DNA of 64,000 nt from Octopus sinensis. Taxonomy: Eukaryota. Of the stretch, positions 53,106 to 64,000 are shown in pieces. Under the pieces are notes generated by a model. It ran no database searches. It was given only the letters and a program-made list of their open reading frames with translations, and was not told the origin of the DNA. The stretch's first letter is position 1. Each line of letters starts with the position of its first letter. The stretch spans positions 98,270,001-98,334,000 of the forward strand of contig NC_043006.1 in assembly GCF_006345805.1 (NCBI RefSeq), given 5' to 3'. The position numbers and the translations under genes were made by a program.

Positions 53106-53983
53106 ATACACACATGGGTGTGGGTGAGTGTGTATATGGGTTAGTCAGTGAGTATGCATGTGTGTATATGTGTATCTGTTGTATGTTTGTATCCATAGTC
53201 ATATTTAACAAGATCATGTACATTCGGATAGAGGAATACAGCATGTTGTAGAGAAGTTTTCGTTATAGAACCTATGTGTATAGTCACACTATTAGGTCAC
53301 ACATAACATCAATGGACCGTAGGACGCATGAGTTTCTCTTTCGATACGCTTCCTCGAGTGCGTCCACTGAACCGTAATTTATGGCCATTAAGAACACATC
53401 AGCATATCGTTCTATGTTAAAATAACAAATATGCTGACATGCGGAATTCATTGTCAAGCTGGAATAAATTAAATAAACGCATGCTAAAATGCGTTGAATG
53501 AAACAGCTATGGGTAATCTCATTTACCATGTCAAATATATTCGAAGATGGAACGACAATATTCCAAACAACTTGCCTCGATTTAAATTTTCCTTATTGAA
53601 TATGCAGGTATAAATACACCACTATAACATAGAAGATGATCTCATGCGTATACGTTGGTGATGAAGCGTAACGATGGAGAAATATATGCTTTTCTGCACT
53701 CAGGCTTCACCAAGTAACTGCTACAGTGTTTACACTATGTATTGTATATAAGGAGTATCGTACTGTGCTTTATCTTGTTATACCCGAATGCACACTAGCA
53801 AAATATATATGACTGTAAGTAAGAATATTTCATCTCAAGCTGACTAATGTGCCATCGTTTAACTAATTTAATTAACGTAAACACATAAACACGCATCGAC
53901 ATTTAGTATCACACATAATTGGGTTAAGATAAAATGCATGCAAATAATCATTAAACACACACGCATAACACACACACATACGT

Positions 53984-54020
<37 letters not shown>

Positions 54021-54829
54021 CATATCTGTATATACATCAATTCACGCATACGCACATACATAAGTATGTTCAGATATATGTATAGTAAAAAGAATGGTAG
54101 CGAGAAAATTCAGTATAGCCAAATGACTCATAAGTTTGCTTTGCAGCCATACAAAACAAACTGTGTAACTAATACCACTTTCTATAGACTCACTTATATA
54201 GAAGCCATCGGTTGAGTTGTAGCAGTACTTTATAAGAATAGTTTTGTCCCATATTATATCGCACAGATTACTGTAAGTATTTGCATGTTACTAAAATGGG
54301 TAACTGCTTCCGTCTACATCCATGACAGAAAATTCTGATGATTGAAAAAGTGCACGCCGTTCGGATAGCATGGGAATAGAATATACATACATACATACAT
54401 ATATATATATATATGATTACGTTAAGGACTGTTATTCTAAGTAAAGCCACATAATTGGGTTAAAGTCAAGCTACTTTATCAAATATACACACGCGCCGAA
54501 GTCGAGGGAATATGCGTACAAAAATTTATTTTGAAAGGTTCAGTTGCATATCGAAACGATTTCATGGACAGCGCTGTAACACGCTCTCCATTCGTCAATA
54601 CAAGCATAGCCAGAATTATATAAACATAAACATTTATACATACCATACGAACACAACATATCCACAGAGCATTAACGATTGTTTACACTTACATAGCCAT
54701 GAAATATGTATTCAAAAAAAATTATATACTTCGGATTAATTGGTTCATTGGTTTTACACACGCTGGCTACTTGATAAAATCATATACATTTTATCCTTAT
54801 ATTTAGTTGATATATATATATATATATAT

Positions 54830-54867
<38 letters not shown>

Positions 54868-54993
54868 TATTATATATATATAATATATATATACATAGGA
54901 ATATCTATGTGTAATATATATTATATATATGCATATATATATATAAGTATATATATATATGTGTATATATATATATGTATATATATATAATAT

Positions 54994-55027
<34 letters not shown>

Positions 55028-55796
55028 CGCATATATGTATTTATATATATATATATATTAATATGTATGTGAGTGTGCATATGTGTGTACAATGAATGTA
55101 TAGTGATAAATTATTGGGATCTGACAGATAATATTTTAACTCATGAATAATGTAGCTCAATACGTTAAATTCTGCTTTTTTATTGTTAGACATTATTGGT
55201 AATTTGAGTGAGCAAAAGAAATTAGATTCGCTCATTATGAGGAATTTAATGGTAAACCTTAATTTCATTTGCATAGGTTTATATTTCTGCGATTTTCTGC
55301 AAAACAACTGCTCCATTCAAGTGAGTTTCCAATATCTAGGAAAACAGCTTTTGTGACACCGACAATTTTTGTAAATCTATTTTCAGGTTGTACGCTATAA
55401 GGTCAAGCGGAATGAACTTTTATAGCGAATAGAAAATCATTGTAAATATTTACTACCAAGATGTCATTGGAAAATGACATATTTAGAATTTTATTAGCAA
55501 ATTTTATAGCAATTTCGTCTCTAATTATATTGATTAGGTATTTCGAGCAACTGATTCTATGGAATCAGAAAAGTAGTAACTATAATTGCTTTGAACTCTC
55601 AGTTTTGACTTTCGATTCTATAATGTAACGTCTATGTATATACATGCACACAAGCATACATGCATGCATATATATATGCACACACGTATGCACATATATA
55701 TATGCATATATACACATATATATATATACATATACGTATATACGTGTATTATATATAAAGTATGTATATGCATAAATATATATATATATATATATG

Positions 55797-55885
<89 letters not shown>

Positions 55886-56039
55886 ATATGTATGTATGTA
55901 TGAATGTGTACAGACACATATACATACTTATATGCATATATATTTAATATTCTTAATCAGGAATATTACTAACCGTGATTCGGAAGTTTTGGCCAGTAAA
56001 TCATTGTCGGATTGCGATGCGCGCGGAATTTCATCTTGG

Positions 56040-56290
56040 CTTTATATACACTGTGTTAAGGCAAACCTCTCCATCTGTCTCTGGGTTTGAGTGGAGTGGC
56101 AATTAGGTTTCAGAGTGGGTTGTTATGGAGAGTTGTGTGGAGAAATATTTATTGATTAAATCTGGGGTGAAGTTATTGTTTAGCGTGTATTCATGTATGC
56201 AACAATTTCTAAGCCGGTGTACAAATTTGGGTGTGAGTTGTTTGACTAACTAAAATATTCCAAACTTTGACGTTCTTTTGTGAACTCCTA
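56040..56290 (-). mobile_element. Penelope-like linker fragment
   Basis: Shares tttattgattaaatctgggg with the reverse complement of 32300-32320 (HPDLINK remnant). Confidence 0.35.
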
Positions 56291-57265
56291 AAAAGTTCCA
56301 TTACAAGAAAGAGGGCTACTACTTTAACTAAGACAATTACAATGTTTTTTTTTTATATTGGACTTTGTATCTTTTACATTTATGTTGACAAAGCAAAGTA
56401 TTGAAATCAATAAAACCAAAAATAATTAAAACTACATCCTATAACTAACTGCCAAAAGAGTCACATAATTGAAATGCCGAATTTCTGTTATTGGATCTCT
56501 AATCTTATTAATCGATGCCCGCAATTAAAAAATTATGGTATTTTCAAAATTACAAAAACCTTAACTTGAATGATTATAAATTGCGTCAATACTTCAACAA
56601 AGAAATTTTAGTACACTACTTAAATATTCTTTTAATATGCAAATTCTAGCGACATAATTGCTGTAGAGAATTGTGTTTCCTTTTCTCGTTTTATTTGAGA
56701 AAATAATTTTTGATCGATCTTCACAAGTGTGTCCTATAAATGTGTTGATTTACAATAAAGAAACAAATAACTTTTTTTCATTTTCAATTCTTACTTCATA
56801 ATGCAATTCCTCAAGAAAAACAGTAAGGAAACAAGCTAGTTAATATATAATTAAATATGATATAAAGAGAATTTTTGAGGCATTAATAATTCAACGCTAT
56901 TATCTTTCATTTAAGACACTACAGACAGCTTCAAATTATTACTTGTACACATTTACTCCTGAATGATACGTGTCATTATAAAAGAAATTATAACTCGTAC
57001 TGTTTTGATTCCGATTAATTGGATTACAAAAGCGAAACAAAAAAAGAAAACACCAGGCAATAAATGAAATATAAAATGAAAGTCTACGTACCATTAATAT
57101 ATACGCCGTAATTTTTAGTACATCTTCATGGTAATTATTTTATAATCATGTTTATTGTAAAGACTACGTACATTATCTCATAACTGGATCTTCAATATGA
57201 ACGAAAAGATAAGATATATAATAACAAGTGCAATAAACTACACCATACTAGATTGATCGTAAATA

Positions 57266-57323
<58 letters not shown>

Positions 57324-57388
57324 TACATCCATACATCCATCCATACATACATATATATATATATACATACATACATGCATATATATAT

Positions 57389-57429
<41 letters not shown>

Positions 57430-57458
57430 TGAGAAAGAAGCAACAAGAATGGATAGGT

Positions 57459-57548
57459 TTTTAGTACGATCGTTTCATACAAGGACAGGTTTTATTAAAG
57501 TTGCAAAGATTACAGCATATAAACGAGTCCCGTACTCATCAGCTAAAA
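57459..57548 (-). ncRNA. Type I hammerhead ribozyme with intact core (minus-strand copy)
   Basis: Mirror of 57731-57821; predicted cleavage between 57465 and 57464. Confidence 0.75.
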
Positions 57549-57730
57549 TACATGTAAGTTCTCTAGACATCCTAGTGTTTGAGGCTATACTCATGAAGTA
57601 ATGTAGATAATTAAACAGATTTCTAAAGTTCATTAAAGAACTTTAATGAACTTTAGAAATCTGTTTAATTATCTACATTACTTCATGAGTATAGCCTCAA
57701 ACACTAGGATGTCTAGAGAACTTACATGTA

Positions 57731-57821
57731 TTTTAGCTGATGAGTACGGGACTCGTTTATATGCTGTAATCTTTGCAACTTTTAATAAAACCTGTCCTTG
57801 TATGAAACGATCGTACTAAAA
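57731..57821 (+). ncRNA. Type I hammerhead ribozyme with intact core
   Basis: TTTTAG-CTGATGA-GTACGGGAC[long loop]GTCCTTGTAT-GAAA-CGATCG-TA-CTAAAA: 6-bp stem I, extended stem II, palindromic ACGAUCGU stem III, GUA triplet. Predicted cleavage after 57815. Confidence 0.78.
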
Positions 57822-58236
57822 ACCTATCCATTCTTGTTGCTTCTTTCTCGCTTATAATCACCCCACATTTCTGTATTGTTAAATCAGTATAGTTTTTTTT
57901 GGTGCATCTAAGTTAGGTACCATATTCAAGTAAATTCTTTTAAATTAACTTGAATCTTTATTGCTCTTTATATATATATATATATATATATGCATATATA
58001 TAAGGAGTATTTAATCTCTCAATCATTCTCGTTTATTAGCGTATTTGCGAATACATTATGCTATTATATTCTGCTATTATATTATATACTACTATCATAT
58101 CCGGTAGAATTTCATAGCCCCAACGGAAATTAACAATATTAGTCTGTAAATATCTGCAATAATAATACCAGTATAATCAATGATTCTGTGAAGTTCAGAA
58201 CAGAGAGCATTATATATACATACATGCATTTATATG

Positions 58237-58279
<43 letters not shown>

Positions 58280-59168
58280 CGCACTACTTAATCTACGTTT
58301 TTTTCGAAATTTATCAAAAATAATTATCCAAGACAAATATGCATAAAGTTAAATTAAAATTCACAGAAATCTTTAACTTCTTATATTGCAATAAATACGT
58401 TATCAATGCCCAGGAGTTTATATATATTGTTGGTATGAAAACATTGCATTATTCAAGCCTCTAGAATCTCCTTGTATCTTCTAAATCTCGATAGCAGCGT
58501 TGGTGAAATACTAATTTTGCTTGTAGCATCTAATGACACCCGACTTTCATCTACCTCAACACAACCATTGAAGAAAGGACAAGTAGAGCCATGAAACTGG
58601 ATTACCGACATTTATCTCCTCGACATTTTGTGACGTTCGACTCAGAAATATGCAACCAAATCAGCGTTAAAAATAGACCCCACCCATTAAGCACGTGAAC
58701 CTGAACTCATCACTGACACCACAACGACGAGATCAAAGGATGAGCGGTACACTGTCACGCATATCATTCCAACCACCGCAACCCCTACCTCTTCAAACTA
58801 TTACGCTGAGAAGACTGTTAGTTTAGTCGTATCATTGGTCTTGCCCAATATAGCAGTTGCATCCACTGCAGGAAGTGCCTTCTCGCGGTTGAATGGTTGC
58901 GAAGCGTATCTGATTCTGAACATACCGACTTCGCTATATAATGGCCAAAATTTAATCTTTCCATATCCTTTCATTTGCGTGATTTCAAATAATTTCTTTA
59001 AAAATACAAATGGCAACTTTAAATGGTGGTGTCGATATTCTCCTTTCAAATATTCCTAACAAAGATGCTTACCCTCTTACTTTCCTGCAAAGGTAAATTC
59101 TTCTATTAAACGTAAGCAAGTGTTACCCATTTACATTTTCACGCAGCCAAGAAATATATTTTCCTTCA

Positions 59169-59266
59169 TTACCTCAACCAGGTACATTGAGGAAACTTAT
59201 TCTTTACCTCAACCAGGTACATTGAGGAAACTTATTCTTTACCTCAACCAGCTATATTGAGGAAAG
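59169..59266. repeat. 35-bp tandem repeat, ~2.7 units, each with a 6-bp hairpin
   Basis: ttaCCTCAAccaggtacaTTGAGGaaacttattct; acctc starts at 59171, 59206 and 59241. Confidence 0.9.
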
Positions 59267-60499
59267 TCCATAATTGTACCTTCTACAGGTGTAAAATAAG
59301 TGTAATCAATAATGTGTATACGGTGTATTAATTTGATTTTCAGAATGAATTTCTCATTAGCAATCCGCATGAAGTCCTGTTAAGTGAAGCAACTAGTCGT
59401 TGGGTTGCCACACTAGATGGTTTTGCTCACAGACGTCGTCCCCCTGTATCTGTTCCATATAATGCACTCAGGATCACGTAGTAGCTGTGACCTGTTCAGA
59501 CCCTGATATCAGACGAGGGATTTTATCTGTTTGCCACTCAATTGAGCCCAGATAAGTGGTTTTGAAGAGGGAGCTGTTGAGTGTTACATGAGCCTACCAC
59601 GCAAGCTTTCATAGTTTTACCTGTGCAAAGATTTTGTCTGATATCAGAATATTTTTTGACATGCTACCCGACAAAGCTGTTGGTTTTGTGAGCTGTGTAC
59701 GTGATGAGTAGCAACCTTTTGAAGCTCTTTTGATGAAATGCCTGATTTATTTGTTCTGCCTTAGCGCTCATATCCTTACAGAAGGATCGACGTCATGCGA
59801 GTCTTGTACAGATTTGGTATTGTTAGAGAAGGAATTTGCTTTTTTATACGTTGTTCTATAAACTGATAAAAATGGGTAAGGCATGGGTAAATGTTTTTCG
59901 TAAAAGCCCGATGATCTGATATCTGGAGACTAGTATTTACAGGGCGTATGAGTTTGATGAGTGAGACACAATAGGTACACATACGTTTTTACTTTGAGCA
60001 GATACATTACATAACTTAATACGTTATGGGGTTCGTAACATACAGTAAATATCTATAACTGTATACATATTGTTGAGGATTGTTGCTAAATATCAGCAAA
60101 TCATTTACATTAACGAATACCATTTCATACGTATCGGGACCTATCCGTGCATATCCAGAGTATTTTAAATCTATCAACACATGTTAACTGCATATTTCAA
60201 GACTGTCAACAACTCATTAAGGATGAAATATCTTCTGTCTGTTAAAGTATGAAACAAAAATTTGTTCTGAAAACGGATAATTTTAAAACTCACTGAATGT
60301 GAAGTGGTATCTTTTACAGAATAATTAAGTTCCTTTAAATCATATAATATGAAAAGATTCCTTCGTAATTTTATGGAACTGTTAAATTATATATTTTAAA
60401 TTTATATGCGTTATTCAACCACGGGAATATTTCAAGTAGGGAATTGTATTTTATATGCATGTAATATATACACCTCTAATGAGTGCACGTGCGTGAATA

Positions 60500-60553
60500 T
60501 CTATCTATCTGTCTAACTATCTATCTATTTATCTATCTAGTTATCTATCTATT

Positions 60554-60584
<31 letters not shown>

Positions 60585-60590
60585 CTATTG

Positions 60591-60644
<54 letters not shown>

Positions 60645-60650
60645 CTATTG

Positions 60651-60722
<72 letters not shown>

Positions 60723-60723
60723 C

Positions 60724-60756
<33 letters not shown>

Positions 60757-60761
60757 TTACA

Positions 60762-60795
<34 letters not shown>
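60500..60795. repeat. (CTAT)n followed by (TA)n microsatellite
   Basis: Directly visible; abuts the 3' end of the Penelope-like element. Confidence 0.95.
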
Positions 60796-60798
<3 letters not shown>

Positions 60799-60830
60799 TT
60801 TATTTTAAGCAGCAGAAAATTCAACAAAAT

Positions 60831-60868
60831 CTGTTACTCTGAGTTTCTCGTTGCCGTTCATCAGACAG
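60831..60868 (-). ncRNA. Minimal type I hammerhead ribozyme in the element's 3' end
   Basis: CTGT-CTGATGA-A-CG-GCAA-CG-A-GAAA-CTCAGAG-TA-ACAG: core intact, 4-bp stem I, quasi-palindromic ACUCAGAGU stem III. The closing pair of stem II is an A-A mismatch. Confidence 0.75.
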
Positions 60869-61826
60869 TTTTTGCTAGAATGGAACTTATATATTAATTC
60901 AATCTATACTCTTACAAACGCTACACCTTTAAAAAGAAATGGACTTGTTTGATTGGCCTTTAGAAAAAACGGTCAATCTTCGAGCGATAAACAAAAGGTC
61001 AAAAAAATATGTATATATAATTTAAAAACTTATAAAAATTATAAAAATTATAAAATCCGAGGAAAAAACCGAGGAAAAAACCTATTGCCGTTAATGAAGA
61101 CAGTACAAATTAATGCATAGAAATTAAACCTGTTATAAATACTGCAATACATATTTATATTAAAATCCACATATATATATCAACATACACAAAAGGATGC
61201 GCGTAAACGCCATACATACATATACAGACGTATGAATATGAATCTAAATTATACACATAAAAGCATGTGTACATATATTCACGCAAACCGTCTCGCACGC
61301 AAGCTAAAATTCATCTATGTAGCAATTCTCATATACTGAGCAAGGAGGGGGAACGAAAGAAACGGAAAGAGAGAAAAAGGAACTTGTAGCGATGTTATTG
61401 GCATCTATAGAGGCCAGTATACATACACAAGTTTGAATTGATACATATACATACCGTCGTGTGTATGCGTGCTTAAGCACAAGCATACTTTCACTTACAC
61501 ATACACAGATACGCATGCTTACAAATACATATGCTTTGCTATACACATACTTATATAAACATTCTAATTTTGACAACATTGTTTTTTTTTTAAAAAAATG
61601 GGTGCATTAATAAAAATATATACGAAAGACATATAAAATAAAATATAACATCCTATTTTGGGTCATTTATAAATAATCAAGGTAATATAAATAATTAAGG
61701 TAATCCTATGCAATACAATAACATGAAAACAAAGTTTGTAGGTTTTTCCTAATATATATGTAGAAACAATAAGACTTTGCTATAGATCCGTCGTAGCGCT
61801 CAAGAGTCAAAATCAAAATATATACT

Positions 61827-63733
61827 CTATCCATATGGTATATTTATATTCGACATTTTAAATTTAGCCGCGTGCCTACATAAGTTCATTAACTCACTTC
61901 TTTGATTCAAAGAATTATTGTCTTTGAATAAGATGTGCATTTTCTCTAATAAGCAAAGCCTGCACTTGAAATTATATTTGTAAGCTCCATGCCTGTATGG
62001 TGCCGTCCTGTCCAGAATGCTCCATGTCACGTTGAAGGGTGGGGCTTCCTTTTCTTTTAGTTCCCAGACATATTTTGCTAGGCTGGTTTTCTTCCTATTC
62101 TCTGGGTATTTAAAAGAATTCTTATGAGAATAAAATCTTGTTTTAAATGAATTTTCTGAAGCCCCTGTGTATGTCTTGTATTCCGATGAGCCTCCACTTG
62201 CACCTTGGCTCTATAAACTACTCCTTTCACTAGACATTTCCCTTCTAACGGACAGGAGCTTTCGTTTTTGAAATTACATTTCTTAATGGGCTCGGCACCA
62301 TGTCTAATCTCAATTAGCTTCCTATTATGTTGGCTAATGTAAGAGGCGAAATTTCTGCAACAAGAATAGCTAACCTTCAGGGTTCTTCTATTAAATATTC
62401 TGTAGAATTTATGACCCTGCTTAAAATGCTTAGAGACTAATCTCAAAAATTCCTTACCTATATTAGTCTTTACGGCCAAATTGAAAGCCGGGTTGAACCA
62501 CAAAACTTTCCTGGTCCTAGTTCTTCGTGCAGCATTATTATTAGCATTAAGCTGGTTGAACTGGATCTTCTCCGAGAATCCACTATTCTTTAATGCGCTA
62601 TCGTAATAAGGTGCAGCATTATGGAATGCTGCCTCGTCCGAAGAAATTGAAGATATTCTTCTACCTACATTGCTGACTAAGTTGCTAAGGATAACTGGTG
62701 GATGGTTCGAATCTTTGCTAATATACGATAGCTTTTCATTGGGCTTACGGAAAGGTTTAAATCTATCCGATCTTACATTAAAATTTACGTCTAAAAAATC
62801 TACACTATTCAGGTTAGTATCTATCGTAATCCGTAAGCCCATCCTTTGAAAGAAAGCTATAAGGTCCTTCCTAAGTCTATCTGATTCATGGCCGTTTAGA
62901 TTATGCGTGGCTATAAGGCCGTCATCCCTATATAGACCTGCATCTATAAATGGGAATTCTATTTTTAGATTATGGAGAATAAAGGCTCCTATGAGCATAC
63001 ATAATTCAGCCCCGTCGTATGCCCCCATCGGTACATCGAAAAGAGAATCCTCAGTCTTCTTAATCCAGGTGGAATCCTCGAAAAACAGAAGCGATTTCCT
63101 CGCATGCATAATAATTTCAATTTCCGAGCTATCGATGTTGACATACTGCTTGGCGAAGTCCAATGCCCTTAGGAGCAACGTCCTAGATATCGACGGGTAA
63201 AAGTCAATAATGTCGAATTGTGTGAAACTACAATTATTCTTATAGCTAATACCTTTAAACCACTCTATAACTGACTTACTATTCTTCCAAATTCTCAAGT
63301 CTACTTCACTATCTAACTTAACTAAAATACGGTCCAAAATATTTTTGCTAATAATTCCTATCTCAGTTTTAGCCGGATTTATCAATCTACATTTGGGGTT
63401 TCTACTAAAATTGTCTTTATGGTCTTTCAGAGTAATAAAAGCTGGTCGTGGTGAAAGGTATTCAATCCTATCGCTAATCTTAAGATCGTTAGCTATTCCT
63501 CTTGCTTCTAAGTTCACCTCTTTGTATATATTCGTGTTGTCTTTTTTGTATGTGTCCGTGACACTATTCGAAATCAGGCGTTTATAAACGTCCTTATCAA
63601 GTGCATATAAGTTCCTTGTCTTGTCAGAATTAACGAAGATCTTATTCGAGTCGTTAATCTCCTTAATTTTTTCTCTCATGTTATTTTGCAATTGGTTGGT
63701 AAATTTGCGGAATTTAATTTTCCTAATTTTTAT
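61827..63733 (-). CDS. Penelope-like reverse transcriptase + GIY-YIG endonuclease, one frameshift near 62190, no start codon preserved
   Basis: RT motifs QFDIIDFYPSI, PMGAYDGAELC, LYRDDGL; VLWFNPAF..KTNIGK; CPLEGKCL; GVVYRAK. After the shift the frame reads GSSEYKTYTGASENSFKTRFYSHKNSF..SLAKYVWELK and runs into ORF 61827-62030 (CRLCLLEK..RSELMNLCRH). Confidence 0.92.
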
Positions 63734-64000
63734 ATTTTATATATAATATATATATATAATATATATATATATTATATATTATATATTATATAAAATATAA
63801 AAATTTATGAATATAAATTAAAATTTTTTTATTTAAATAACTTAATTTTAAATTTTATATTTTATATATTTTGTATATTATATTAATTATATTTATTTTT
63901 ATGTTTTGGTTTATGTTTTACACTGTTTGATTTACCTAATAGTGGTTTTATCTCTAATTTAATTTATATTTATACTGTGAAATTTGATTTAATCCCTAAT

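Larger units (their letters stand above)
57424..57856. repeat. 433-bp near-perfect palindrome (2-nt spacer, one substitution, one 1-nt indel)
   Basis: Arms checked base by base; centre ...cattaaag-AA-ctttaatg... at 57639-57640. Confidence 0.97.
60796..63735 (-). mobile_element. Young, 5'-truncated Penelope-like retroelement
   Basis: Long RT-endonuclease ORF, ~1-kb 3' region, hammerhead motif, and AATAAA at the very end (plus-strand tttatt, ~60799-60804). Confidence 0.9.

Noticed and set aside
59169-59266. CRISPR-like hairpin repeats (also the tandems at 28397 and 39886)
   Set aside because: The intervening sequence is identical rather than unique spacers, there are no cas genes, and the context is eukaryotic.
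1434-60842. Dozens of ORFs made of YI/HT/CV/MYVC or poly-I/L/Y repeats, including the 215-253 aa ORFs at 40292-41961
   Set aside because: They are translations of (TA)n, (CA)n, (ATGT)n, (ATT)n and (CTAT)n tracts, which lack stop codons by composition.
62907-63587. Plus-strand ORFs 62907-63200 and 63345-63587 (also minus ORF 50905-51192)
   Set aside because: Antisense shadows of the RT and transposase coding sequences.
61827-63691. Selenocysteine recoding as reported for some Penelope-like clades
   Set aside because: No in-frame TGA in the preserved coding region; the conserved positions are ordinary Cys codons.
63736-64000. Extremely A/T-rich stretch replacing the 5' part of the Penelope ORF
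   Set aside because: Low-complexity sequence with no structure; it may be poor-quality assembly at the window edge.

Overview
Strongly AT-rich eukaryotic DNA saturated with microsatellites and transposon debris. The SINE families and repeat composition point to an octopus (coleoid cephalopod) genome; this is an inference. No host protein-coding gene could be identified with confidence, and almost all ORFs in the supplied track are microsatellite read-throughs or antisense shadows. Recognisable content: a nearly intact Penelope-like retroelement (RT + GIY-YIG, one frameshift, minus strand, ~60.8-63.7 kb), several decayed Penelope-like fragments, a 5'-truncated R4/Dong-type RLE LINE, CR1/L2 and RTE fragments, a DD37D (maT) Tc1/mariner element with TIRs, a mariner remnant, an Academ-like remnant, a non-autonomous Helitron, MITEs, and many tRNA-derived SINE copies of several families. 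The most striking unexplained structure is a set of about a dozen minimal type I hammerhead-ribozyme motifs (intact to decayed) from at least six sequence families. They mostly have a palindromic stem III and are repeatedly tied to long foldback DNA, including a 433-bp near-perfect palindrome carrying an intact-core ribozyme on each strand and a tRNA-headed SINE-like element with a hammerhead tail. Coordinates were read by eye; element edges may be off by some bases.
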